DNA of 32,054 bases from Catajapyx aquilonaris (GCA_000934665.2 KZ539582.1:1-32054); one strand, 5' to 3'. Shown: positions 1 to 11,149, counted from the stretch's first letter. The notes: generated by a model not told the origin, from the sequence alone. Numbers and translations: made by a program.

Positions 1-289
1 TGTACTCCTCCGACTCTCATACTCTGCCTAATTCTTCCCAGCCCCAAAGCACGAATGTTTTGAATTAAATTTAATTACCACACATCCCCATGACACGAAC
101 CAACCCCCACCTATGGACTTGTTTCTTACTTTTAATCTCACCCAGAGGAAGAATAGTTTTCTGCAGTTTTAGTGCCTATTTTTATTCCATCAGCTACTTC
201 CATCTCGACACACGATGCATCGCTAAGAGAGGCTATACTTTCCTTGATGAATGAAATACGCCTCCCACAATAATTGCAACAATATCGAG

Positions 290-590
290 CATGACTGTAA
301 GACTTGATTTGGGCACTGTACTCCTCTCAATACTTGAGTTCGGTCTTTGGCTTCACCATGTGGACCAGAGCAGCACCATCGTATCCCACTGCATCAACAT
401 CTCTCCGGCTGTTGGGATAACACACATAAGCTCTCCGAAATGGGTATTAGGAGTCTTCGATCCGGGATGGAGTTCTCCACCATGCAGGTGGAAAAATATG
501 ATTCTCGTGTTCAGAAAAGAAAAAAAATCCAAGTCTAGCTGTCAATGTGTGCTGACAATGAAGAGGCCCCAGAATTCTGAAACTCCACCA
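290..590 (-). pseudogene. Decayed Academ-like DNA transposon coding fragment (XPG/PIN-like region)
   Basis: Minus-strand translation across stops and frameshifts gives LFIVSTH*QLDLDFF..EHENHIFPPA..GGELHPGSK..DAVGYDGAALVHMVKPKT..Y*EEY. This resembles the LF-x-R..DL..FF.HEN..PP.LS..G.L..G.KS / DGAA.V.M..P..TF.EY signature I associate with Academ-type transposons. The assignment is recalled, not searched. Confidence 0.5.
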
Positions 591-1246
591 CCTTTAGTGG
601 TGACGTCACGGGTGTCCTGTAAACGGATGCCACCTCGCTCCGACCCATGTTCGCGTAAAAATACTTGCTGTGTTCGCGTCGGAGAGTGTCGGAGGAAGTG
701 TGGGGCGGCCGGCTGCACTTGCACCGGACCAATTCGCGCCGAAGGCGCGCAAGTGGGGCGCACTCATTGTTGTTGGTTGATTGGCTGGTTGGTGGGTTGG
801 TTGATTGGTGCAGGTGTGGTATTTGTCATGATTCATTGTCACTCCGTTGACGACTAACTCCAGGTTATTATTTCCGGCTCTCTAGCGGTGGTGGGTAGGC
901 CCGGGGGGGAACGCGTATTGGGACCAATTGGGGCGCAGCCCCAAGGGGGGGTGGGGGGGGAGCCCCCCCCCCGCCTCGCAAAGCGAGTCTAGTATATACA
1001 GGGTGTAAATGAATTCAACCGACAAACTTCTAGGGGTGATAGAGGGGACCAAGACAAACATTTTTGACATAGGAAACCGTGTCCGGAAACTCCATCTAGA
1101 GGGGGTTCATAGACGAGGAACGGGTGGGCTCAGACGCGTCACGCGAGAGCGAGAGGCGCAAGTCGAGCGGACTGTTTTGTTGATAGGCGGCGCGCAGTTG
1201 TTGACTATCCGCGCGTCTCCTAGGAGGCGGACTTTAGTTGCTAGAT

Positions 1247-2045
1247 CCCTTACCGAATTTATTTGAATGTGGGGCAGCTCCCCGCGTGGAGATGGCGCTG
1301 CCGTCGGTGTATTGTTGCACCGATTTATCCCACAACAATGCGAATTAATTTTGGCCATTACCCATGTGCAAAGGTGGCAGGATACTCCACTGCATGCGAC
1401 TCATTTACCCCCGAGGTACTTCATTGTGACATTAACTTGCTAGAGTCATTCGATGGCAATGCTGTTTGGTGCGAGCAGGACAATCCGCGGTATGAAAGAG
1501 TCATACAAGCCGGCACCTCCGCACTTCTACGGAAACCAAGCAACCAACCATGCGAAGAAGAGAATAATAAAAAGCGAAAAAGCCACTTTACCTCGCGTCG
1601 AGGTCACGAGACGAGCTTATGGCCAGCACCCTTACCGAAATTTTCTCAGCCTCGCGGCGAGGTCGCAAGACGAGCTTATGGCCACCCAACTGTGTATCCT
1701 GCCACCTTTGCACATGGGTAATGGCCAAAATTAATTCGCATTGTTGTGGGATAAATCGGTGCAACAATACACCGACGGCAGCGCCATCTCCACGCGGGGA
1801 GCTGCCCCACATTCAAATAAATTGCTCGTCGCCAAGCTAGCTCGTCATGACGAGGTCAGAAAAAGAGACTTGACCTCGCGGAATGACTTGCTCGGCGCCA
1901 AGTAGCCGCTAGCTCGTCATGACGAGGTCAGGAGAATATTTTGACAGCCGCGAGGTCCCGCGAGGTGGCGGCTATCCTGAGGCGAGCTCGCCAGCTTCTG
2001 GCGAGCTAGCGGCAAGCTCGTGGCCAGGTTAAATTTCGGTAAGGG
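1247..2045. mobile_element. CMC/EnSpm-like non-autonomous element nested in the mariner-type element
   Basis: Termini are CCCTTACCGAA (1247) and TTCGGTAAGGG (to 2045), each flanked by AT (possible 2-bp TSD). Subterminal repeats GCTAGCTCGTCATGACGAGGTCAG lie at ~1836 and ~1908. A third terminus copy lies at ~1629. Confidence 0.55.
1256..1823. repeat. Inverted repeat with 130-bp, apparently identical arms (MITE-like)
   Basis: 1256-1385 is the reverse complement of 1694-1823. The outer AATT could be a 4-bp TSD. Confidence 0.85.
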
Positions 2046-5000
2046 ATATGACTCTGTTGTTGCCACGTTATGGCACATCGCATCGTTGGTTACTATCCGA
2101 GCGCCATCTATCAACAAAACAGTCCTCTCCCCTAGCGCCTCACGCGTGACGCGTCTGAGCGCACCCGTTCCTTGTCTCTGAACCCCCTCTAGATGGCGTT
2201 TCCGGACACGGTTTCCTCTGTCAAAAATGTTTGTCTTGGTCCCCTCTATCACCCCTAGAAGTTTGTCGGATGAATTCATTTACACCCTGTATAAAGCCCC
2301 AATCCGAGGATATAGGAGGAGGAGGAGGATGGAAAAGATTTCGCACTTCCCGAGGTCGTAGAGACCTCGGACATACACCGTTGGATTCCTTGCCACCGCG
2401 ATTTAGTGTTGCCAAAATTTCTCAGAATCGCGAAATTCCCAGCTGTTTTCGAGATAGCCAAATAAAATATAGACGCAAACCTGAGATCGCCAAATTAATG
2501 CATCCGCAAACTGCCTCGGATCCACTTGCGACCTTGCCCACAGAGGGTCGTAAAGATGGAGAACAATGGCCACCCCCTGGGATCTGCTTCCGCTACTCAA
2601 ACCTGACGTGGGAATGATACATCACAGATAGTCCCACTTTGTCATCCCAATCGCTGTTATCAACGATACGCATAAGATTATCCTCATGGCTACCGGTGAC
2701 GTCACTTATTTCTGTAACCGGATGGATTAGGCGGAATACGGGCACCGCGCCGAAGGCGCGCAAGTGGGGCGCAGCGCCACGGGGGGTGGTCGGGGGGGCG
2801 GAGCCCCACCAGCTCGCAAAGCGAGTCATCTAATATATATAAAGCCCCACGCCGAGGATATAGGATATAGGATATAGGATATAGGATATAGGATGGAAAA
2901 GATTTCGCACTTCCCGAGGTCGTAGAGCTGTGGTCGAAATTCCGTTGGATTCCTTGCGGTCGATATACATTGTCCAAAAATCCTCAAAATGCCAAAATTC
3001 CCAGCCGTTTTCGAGATGGCAAAAAGTCGACTTTTGCCCACTCCACAAGGAAGATCTGTTTGTCGTTAAGCCGGGAAAGAACAATGGCCCATTCACCCTC
3101 ATCTCCGGAGACCTCTCAGCTCACATATGGTTACACCCACTCCTCCTGGCCCCCACCCCACTTTTCCTTTTTTCACCATCCGTCAGCTAGGGCGCATTCT
3201 CATACCGTCATACCTTTGTGGACCGTGACGTCACGGGTTCTGTAAACGGATGGATTTCTGTAACCGGATGGATTAGGCGGAACACGGGCACCGCGCCGAA
3301 GGCGCGCCCGTGGGGCGCAGCCCCACGGGTGGGTCCGGGGGGGCGGGAACGCGTAGCGCCGAAGGCCCGCCAATTGGGGCGCAGCCCCGAGGGGGGGTGT
3401 GGGGGGCGGAGCCTCCCCGCCTCGCAAAGCGAGTCAAGTATATATAAAGCCCCTAAACGAGGAGGAGGAGGATACATAGGAGGAGGAGGAGGATGAAAAA
3501 GATTTCGCACTTCCCGGCGTCGGAGAGGCCTCGGACTTGCACCGTTGGATTCCTTGCCACCGGTTTACATTATCCAAATATCCTCAAAACCGCGAATTTC
3601 CCAGCCGTTTTCGAGATCGCCAAATTAAATATAGACGCAAACCCGAGATCGCGAAACTAATGTATCCGCAAACTCCCCCGGTTCCCCGAGCGGCCAACAG
3701 ACGAGAGCCACTATCGCATTGCCTCCACCACCCACAATAACCTCCCGCTTCTCCCGACGGCCCGCCCGGCCCCTCGAATCCTCCTCCCCTACTCAACGCC
3801 TCCACTACGTCATCTGTTATTGCGTCATGTTGCCTTTTACTCGCACCTTTAGTGGTGACGTCACGGGTGTCCTGTGAACATAGATGCCACATTGCCACCT
3901 CGCTCCGACCTATTTTTGCGGAGTGTCGGAGGAAGTGTGTGGCGGCCGGCTGCACTTGCACTGTTGTTTGTGGGGCGCGCTCAATGTTGTTGGTTGATTG
4001 GCTGTCACTCGTCCGTTGACGACGAACTCCAGGTTATTATTTCCAGCTCTCTAGCGGTGCTGGGTAAGTGGGTAGGCACGGGCGGGAACGTGTAGCGCCG
4101 AAGGCGCGCCAATCGGGGCGCAGCCCCAAGGGGGGGGTGGGGGGGCGGGAGCGGAGCCCCCCCCCCACCTCGCAAAGCGAGTCTAATATATATAAAGCCC
4201 CAATCCGAGGAGGATATAGGAGGATGGAAAAGATTTCGCACTTCCCGGCGTCGCAGAGACCTCGGACTTGCACCGTTGGATTCCTTGCCACCGATTTAAT
4301 TTTGCGAAAAATCCTCATAATCGCAAATATCCCAGCCGTTTTCGAGAAAAAAATTAAGTGTATCCGCAAATACCCCCGGATAGTTGCCCCAGGCGACCAA
4401 CAGACGAGANGGGGGGCTCGAATCCTCCTCCCCTCCCCACCGCCGCCACCACGTCATCTGTTATTGCGTCATGTTGCCTTTTCACTATACGTCAGCTAGG
4501 GCGCATTCAGATATACTCCACACCTTTAGTAGTGACGTCACGGGTTCTGTAAATGGATGCCACCTCGCTCCCACCAATTTTTGCGTAACAAGACTTGCTG
4601 TGTTCGCGTCGGAGAGTGTCGGAGGAAGTGTGGAGCGGCCGGCTGCACTTGCACCGAGCTCCGGAAAGTAACGGAGACGGAGGAGGACCTGCGCGGGACC
4701 GGACCAATTCGCGCCGATGGCACGCAAGTGGGGCGCACTCATTGTTGTTGTTTGATTGTTGTTTGATTGGCTGCATTGATTGGCTGGTTGGTGGGTTGAT
4801 TGATTGGCTGGTTGGTTGGTGGGTTGATTGATTGTTGCAGGTCTGGTATTTGTCATGCTTCATTGGTCACTCCGTTGACGACAATCTCCAGGTTATTATT
4901 GCCAGCTCTCTAGAGGTGCTGGGTAGGCCCGGGCGGGAACGCGTAGCGCCGAAGGCGCGCCAATTGGGGCGCAGCCCCACGGGGGGGGGGGGGNGGGGGG

Positions 5001-5108
5001 GGGGCGGAGCCCCACCGCCTCGCAAAGCGAGTCAATTATTATGTCTTGATCTCTACACTAGAGCAAAAAAGGGTGGATAAACGTAATTTTTGCCTTCTTT
5101 TACACTGC

Positions 5109-5123
5109 AATAATAATAATAAC

Positions 5124-5183
<60 letters not shown>
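5109..5183. repeat. Compound microsatellite (AAT)n + (GAT)20
   Basis: GAT is repeated from 5124 to 5183 and is preceded by a short AAT run. Confidence 0.97.
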
Positions 5184-5229
5184 CCCCTATAATAATAGCC
5201 TTATTTTTCGCCTCTGGAACGCTCCAGAT

Positions 5230-5660
5230 GTGGCGGGCTGAAGAATTAGTGCCGTGACCAAAAGGTGACGGCACTCCCTTGGCGGCCTAATGAATTCGTG
5301 CCGTGACCAAAAGGTGGAACAGCACTCACCAAGGGGTCGCCAAGGGAGTGCTGCCACCGTTTGGTCACGACACTAATTCATCAGCCCGCCACTTTCCGTT
5401 CCCGCCAAAAGTCCTAACCGCCGCCTATTTCCTTTTCCGCCAATACAGGCCCCTGTTGAGTGGTGCCACCTTCTCATCCTGGCACTAAATCATCAGGCCG
5501 GCGAGAATAGTGGCTGGGGTCGCCTGCTTTTTCGTCTAAACTCCTGAGCGCCAATTTCCTTTACCGCCGAAAGACCTTCCCGCCATAAGCCCTTACCGCC
5601 ACTTTCCCTTCCCGCCAAAAGTCCTAACCGCCACCTATTTCCTTACCCGCCAATACAGGT
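5230..5660. repeat. Unclassified MITE-like repeat with inverted and direct subrepeats
   Basis: 5230-5287 is an imperfect inverse of 5335-5392. ~5386-5448 is directly repeated at ~5596-5659 (CCCGCCAAAAGTCCTAACCGCC...CCGCCAATACAGG). Confidence 0.6.
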
Positions 5661-6064
5661 CTGCCACATGATTCAATCTGAGCCTCACAATATTCAGAAA
5701 GCTGTTATATAAGCTGCTACTTTCAGCCCCACTTTCTTATCATATGGATCCGGGTCTAGCTACTTATTCTGATTTTCAGTGGATAGCTTAGCTTAGGTGA
5801 CCCTTGCGACTTATTTGGCGGCGTCGCATGAACCTCCCGGGGCAAGCAAACAAGATAACAACGGTGGGATCAGCAGGGGGGATTGGACGTTGGCAAAGCC
5901 ACAATAACGTTCGTTGACCTCCGGCGCCACAAGACGGACAGTACTGTAAATGTTGCGGATACGAAACCCACAATAATCTCCCAGCTGCGCTTCGGCTCCT
6001 CATTACCTAAAAATATCCTGGAGGGCGACGAACCCTGCCTGGCGGGGCCACAACAGATGACAGT

Positions 6065-6260
6065 GGAGAATCATTGCCTGCGCTGTGATGGATTTTGATT
6101 GTGGGAGGAAACGGGAGAACCCCCGAGAAAACCCACGCGGACACGGAGAGAACCCATCGAAACTCTATCCACATAAGCATACTCTGTCCGATCCGGGGAT
6201 CGAACACGGGACCTTAGAGGTGGAAGGCTGCGGTGCTAACCACTCCGCCACCGTGTCGCC
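6065..6260 (-). mobile_element. tRNA-derived SINE with V-SINE-like central domain
   Basis: The minus strand reads GGCGACACGGTGGCGGAGTGGTTAGCAC (A box) ... GTTCGATCCC (B box) ... GTTCTCTCCGTGTCCGCGTGGGTTTTCTCGGGGGTTCTCCCGTTTCCTCCCACA (V-domain-like). It is flanked by a 14-bp direct repeat, CAACAGATGACAGT (6051-6064, 6261-6274). Confidence 0.8.
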
Positions 6261-6410
6261 CAACAGATGACAGTATTGTTGCGGTACCATATATAAAGCC
6301 ACACAAAGGGCAACTCCATCGCTCATGTTGCCGCGTCACTCAAACATGCCCATATCAGCTATTATCAGCTATTATCATTAGCGTTAATCATAGCCTGCTG
6401 GATCCGGATC

Positions 6411-6675
6411 CAAAAGTCTTATGTTCATTGACACAATGTCATCCCAGCCTATGCCACGACGATCAACAACTAGCAGGGCCACATCAGCACGTTAGCATTT
6501 CCCTGGATGAACCTTTCTTCTCACGTGGCCAGCTGCATGTGGCACTGTCCCGGTCTCGCAACCCAAGTCAGGTCAAAGTGTTCACTATACTCCTACTGCT
6601 CAACACGGAACATTGCTCTCCAACAACAGAGTGTTTACACACAAACACAATGTTGTATATCGGGAGGTTTTATGA
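6411..6675 (+). pseudogene. Helitron RepHel C-terminal PIF1-family helicase fragment
   Basis: Across frameshifts it reads VIPAYATTINN*QG (motif V, cf. AFAMTINKSQGQT), HVSISLDEPFFSRGQLHVALSRSR (motif VI, cf. PVFSHGQLYVALSR) and terminal NVVYREVL* (stop 6673-6675). These are typical of the end of Helitron RepHel. Confidence 0.85.
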
Positions 6676-7672
6676 AAACTTTTCTCATGTCCCATTCAGG
6701 ACGNNNNNNNNNNNNNNNNTGCTAGAGCACGTTTGTTTGTCTCTCACGGATAAAAATATATCTGTGGCAGGTAAATTTCTGTTCCTATATTTTTTATCTG
6801 TGGCAGATAAATTTTTAGGAGCGTCATATAGAGCCAAAAATTTTAGCTGAGGGAGCCATAATTTTTGCTACTACAGGTAAATTGTTTTTTGAGTGCGTGT
6901 ACAGTATGTTCATTGATTCAATGCCACTCAATTTTGCAACCCTGTATTACGACCAGCTATACGCGAGCCCTCCCATTCCATTTTTTCATTGCCAATGTCT
7001 TCCTCTTTGCTGGTTTTGCCATATTTTGGCTACGGGTGCGCTAGTATTAATAATAATAATAGGGCATGGTGCATTTCCTGCACAGGTTTTGCATGCACCT
7101 TGATAGCTTTGATAACTCTTACTTTTCTCGAGATAGGGCCTTACGCGTATATTATGACGCGCAGGCATCCCGCAGGCCAAGGAATGATTGTCTTTGCCGA
7201 TCTCTATACCGCAACATTAGATTGAGATATGTTTACTGGAGGAGACAACGTTGCACTTGCCACGTAGCCAGAGACTATCGAGTCAGCTAGATTTATAACG
7301 CTATTGGGATACTTACGGTATATTACGTAATATGAAATATACATTATGTAGTAAAGTGTTTAAGACAACAAATGCTGTAATGTCGACCGTAAATGGGGGG
7401 AGGGGAGCAGTAAGCTATATCATCGTCCCCCCCCCCCTCCTTGCCCCTGCCCCTGCCCCTAATTCGCAAGGCTGCGAATGTTATGGAGTCTGAGAGTGCA
7501 CCAATCAACAGGAGATTGTAAAAAAAGTTTCATTGGTTGATGGGAACCTAATCGTCTACATCTTGCTTGCGAATCCTCCAGACATCCGGGTGGGAGGGTG
7601 CGTTTCCGGCACCACCTATTTTTTACAATGTACGCGGCCTTATTGATGTCAATGGCTCATGTTCGTTTCCAG

Positions 7673-7860
7673 ACGACGACCTTAGTGAACCCCAGAGGAA
7701 ACACTGTTGAGAAGCTGGCCTTTTACAACCACACCGAGTGCGAGTGCGCGGACAAGCTGGAGGAGATGATGCCCAGAGACCCATCCAAGATGGAAGGAAG
7801 GACGCTCAGGGTGCTGGAGCCCAGTACTCAACACCCTCAGAGGGGCCTGGAAGAAAAAAG
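7673..7860 (+). CDS. Pvf: Internal exon of a PDGF/VEGF-related growth factor (C-terminal end of the cystine-knot domain plus linker)
   Basis: Acceptor TTTCCAG at 7666-7672 and donor AG|GTAGCT at 7861. Encodes TTTLVNPRGNTVEKLAFYNHTECECADKLEEMMPRD...GLEEK. F-x-N-H-T-x-C-x-C is the closing PDGF/VEGF motif. Phase 0 start, phase 2 end. The symbol is family-level only. Confidence 0.88.
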
Positions 7861-8022
7861 GTAGCTTTGACAAACTTTGCCAAAACGGCCGGCCGGTCCA
7901 AACCGCATCTCTGTAGGAACCTCATGCTATGCACTGTTGACGATATGTCAATATTGTTGGGTGAATGTAAGAAGAAATGCTGAAAATTGAAAAAATTATA
8001 ATTATTCTAATGCAGATTTTTG

Positions 8023-8095
8023 TATATGAGGTATTCCACGTCATGTGGGCCATCCTCCAGTAGGATGGCCCACATGACGTGGAATACCTCATATA
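8023..8095. repeat. Perfect hairpin (34-bp arms, 5-nt loop); minimal TIR element, possibly Sola-like
   Basis: TATATGAGGTATTCCACGTCATGTGGGCCATCCT-CCAGT-AGGATGGCCCACATGACGTGGAATACCTCATATA. GAG..CTC ends are flanked by ATAT. Confidence 0.85.
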
Positions 8096-8369
8096 TATAA
8101 ATCTTTTCCGATTTCGACCAAAACCGAGTATGTTGTAGTACCCATGTATCTATGCAAGTTCTTCGTTTTGCTTGTCCCTGCGACACGTGGTTGAATAACT
8201 ACAGGGTGCGACATATGGGAATTTTTGCGATTTTTTGCTCTGTCCGCCCTTAGTTGGAGGGCCGTAGCTTTGGAAGATTGTAACAAATCCGAAATATTAT
8301 GAATGGGTTGGGAAGCTATTTTAACACCTTTTCAGGCGGTGGGAATCGTGTTAGTAAAACATCAAAATA

Positions 8370-8942
8370 CAGTAAAACTTCTATAAGTCGAATCTCCATG
8401 GGACCAGAAAATAACTTCGAGTTATAGAAGATTCGCGTTAGAGAAGTTTGGAATTTTTAAAGCACGTAACTCTATAAGGACGCCTACCTTTATATCCAGC
8501 GACGAAAGGTGTTCAAAACTTAACAATAACTGTCACTATCACACTTGCAATGTTCCTCGTTGTTTTGTTGTAAAAAAAATCTTCGTTATGGACATTTGCC
8601 TACTCTTAGATTCAAGGATTCAATTGTCACAATCGAGTCAAACACTTCTTTCGGTACGTCTGGTAGACGGAGATGAGGAAATTGAGCCTTTCTGTACATG
8701 TGGCCTACTCTCGACCCTTCGGCTGGGAAATGAGACAATTTTCCGTACTCGGACTTAGGGAGACTGAAAATGCATTGATATCCCACCGTAAGGCCCTGAT
8801 GCCTGCACTTCGAGTTATGGAAATTCGAGTCAGGGAAGTTTATTTCCTATTATTTTACATTGTGACCATAACCAAGGTCATCATTTTCTTCGACTTATAG
8901 AGAACTTCGACTAGGGAAGTTCAACTTATAGCAGTTTTACTG
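8370..8942. mobile_element. pogo/Tigger-like (Tc1/mariner) MITE
   Basis: TA|CAGTAAAACTTCTATAAGTCGAA ... TTCAACTTATAGCAGTTTTACTG|CA, with repeated subterminal TTCGAGTTATAG/TTCGACTTATAG motifs. Confidence 0.8.
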
Positions 8943-9504
8943 CATATATTCCATCCCTGAGGAGGGAGTGTCAATTAAGACCAGGGGTGTGCTAATTGAA
9001 AGTGCATCAACTGCCGGATTCTTTCGGTTTTTGTGTCTTTCCCGCGTAATTCGACCACCGCTAAGACGAATGGAGACCATGCCCTGTATGTCAGAAGTCT
9101 GTCTCGTAATTTGTCCCCATAAGAAGTCATATTTCAAAATGGCCTCCCCATAATTATATACTAGTACATGTCATTCGTGTCATAATCGCGCCAGGAAGAG
9201 GAACAGGACTATACCTATCGGATTTTTTAAAATACTGGCCCCTGTGTTTGAGTCTAAATAACTCCCAGGAAAATGGTCCAAAAAATAACGTTATACATCG
9301 TTAGCTTGTTTAAATCTACGTAACATACTGTATATACGAGTTGATTACCTATCTTCATTGTGTAATTTTTTATTGCAAGAACACTGAAAAGTGTCATTTT
9401 TTGACTAGTTGCCGAAGTTACGCCACAAAGTGAATTATTTATGACACTTCTCGGAGGCCAAAACATTCCCCCTGTGAACCCTGGATAGCGCAAGTCTTTG
9501 CCTA

Positions 9505-10428
9505 TATCCTCCTGAGACCCGAGAAGAATTGAGTAACGCAATATCAGTTCCTATTGCATTTTCTGAATATTTTCCCAATAAGAAACGAGAAAAGTTTTTT
9601 AGTTTTAAAATATCGACAAAAATGGCGACAAACAACCAATGAGAACATTAGGACCCAATTGGTGCTACAAAAGCAGAACGGATGAAAGCTGAAAATTGAA
9701 ATACCACTTAATGGATCACTCACATAGTGCTCTATCCTCCAATAAATGTTTTTAAAATTTATTTGTGGTTTTCGTGGTAGCAATTCCTCTCAGAAGACAA
9801 TTAAAGATAAATGAAATTATTTTTTAACGCAACCACTCCAGGGATGGGGCTTGCTCCTTCCCTTCTTACCCGCTAGAGTGGTATCTTACTATTCTAGATT
9901 TAAAAACTGAACTGCATCGGGAACTGCATAGTGCATGATAGTGCAAAGCCCACTTCCTTATGGGTGTATAGGTACAGGCACGTAAAGAAAAGTCACGCCC
10001 ATTCAGCTAAAAATGCCGTTTTTTGGATGTCCATTTAAATGGACACTTGGTCTCAGGAAGAAAAGAAAATTAACAGTTCTCTACAGCAACAAAGATTGTC
10101 ACAGAATCATCTTTTCGCAGTTCCTAAGACACATTCCTTGCGAATCTCAGGACATTCACTGCATTGCGAAAATCGCATTCCAAATATGAGAAAAAAAAAT
10201 AAAACTGATCAGATGAGCGCCTAGCTTCAGCAGTGGAATCCGCCGTTTTGTCCGCGATTTAATTTTCGCGGCCCAAGCCAGATATTTGACGCTAGGTGGC
10301 TACAGCTATTGATGCCAGATTGTAATCATGGGATTCCAACAGATTACAGTTTTGTTGGCATCACTAGTTGGCGCCAAAAAAACTTTTCCAGATGTCCATT
10401 TAAATGGACATTTGGTCTCAGGAGGATA
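9505..10428. mobile_element. piggyBac-like non-autonomous element in the left foldback arm
   Basis: Short TIR TATCCTCCTGAGACC / GGTCTCAGGAGGATA. The subterminal palindrome TGTCCATTTAAATGGACA plus TGGTCTCAGGA is present twice (~10028, ~10394). The sequence is absent from the mirror arm. The TTAA TSD is not intact. Confidence 0.5.
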
Positions 10429-11149
10429 AAATGATATATTGGAAACTTAGAAATCGCCATTTGTGTAATCATAATTAAGTTGATTGCACACCTCTGTTAT
10501 CTGGGCCTTTTATAATCCGAATTACTTAAGGAATGTATTGACGGCCATCCAGGAATGTGCGTGATAAAATATTACTCTCTCTGCTCTATTACACTAAAGA
10601 TTTTAAAAGTATTGTTTTAGTAAGTTTAATAGACGCAAGTACAGTACCCAGCCCGCTTTCTGGCGGGAATAGGCGGCGATACTGTTAAATACGTTTAAAA
10701 TTTCTAGTGTAATAGAGCACGGTGTAATTTTATCACGCACATGTCTGGCTTGCCGTCGATACATTCGCGAAGTAATTCGGATGAGAAACGGCCGAGATAA
10801 CTGGGGTGTGCAATTAACTTAATTATGATTACACAAATGACGATTTCTAAGTTTCAAATATATCATTAGGTAGACAAAAACTTGCATTATCTATGGTTCA
10901 CAGGGGGAATTTTTGGCCTCCGAGAAGTGTCATAAAAATTCACTTTGCGGCGTAACTTAGGCAACTAGTCAAAAAATGACACTTTTCCGTGTTCTTTTTG
11001 CGATAAAAAACTACACAATGAAGATAGGTAATCAACTCTCATATATGTTACGTAGATTTAAATGATGTATATCGTTATTTTTTGACCATTTTCCTGGGAG
11101 TTATTTAGAGTCAAACACAGGGGCCAGTATTTAAAAAATCCGATAGTAC

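Larger units (their letters stand above)
999..2289. mobile_element. Tc1/mariner-type non-autonomous element with ~190-bp TIRs and TA TSD
   Basis: TA|CAGGGTGTAAATGAATTCA at 997-1017 and TGAATTCATTTACACCCTG|TA at 2271-2291. The arms match over ~190 bp. Removing the element restores the family-A junction AGTATATATAAAGCCCC. Confidence 0.9.
591..5035 (+). mobile_element. Head-to-tail array of ~5 non-autonomous Helitron-like elements (family A), interrupted at 999-2289
   Basis: A recurrent junction, hairpin CTCGC-AAA-GCGAG + TC(AT)CTAG/TCTAA + TATATATAAAGCCCC, occurs at ~975-998/2290, ~2813-2848, ~3421-3453 and ~4169-4201. The array ends just after the hairpin at ~5035. Units share internal blocks (GTGACGTCAC, CGCGCCGAAGGCGCG, TTGG/GATT microsatellite). 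There are no TIRs or TSDs. A 3' hairpin plus CTRR and a 5' TC-TATATA fit Helitron ends. Confidence 0.65.

Noticed and set aside
291..5080. Many overlapping 60-188 aa ORFs
   Set aside because: They lie in GC-rich non-coding repeats, recur as mirror translations of inverted repeats, and show no protein motifs.
5053..5274. ORF with a poly-His tract
   Set aside because: It is a translation of the (GAT)20 microsatellite.
6233..6850. 205-aa ORF as an intact PIF1 helicase gene
   Set aside because: Only ~40 aa match in this frame. The other motifs are in different frames with a stop, and the ORF runs through an N gap.
6960..7300. Possible coding relic on the minus strand (Lys/Arg-rich)
   Set aside because: It has several stops and no motif I can recognise.
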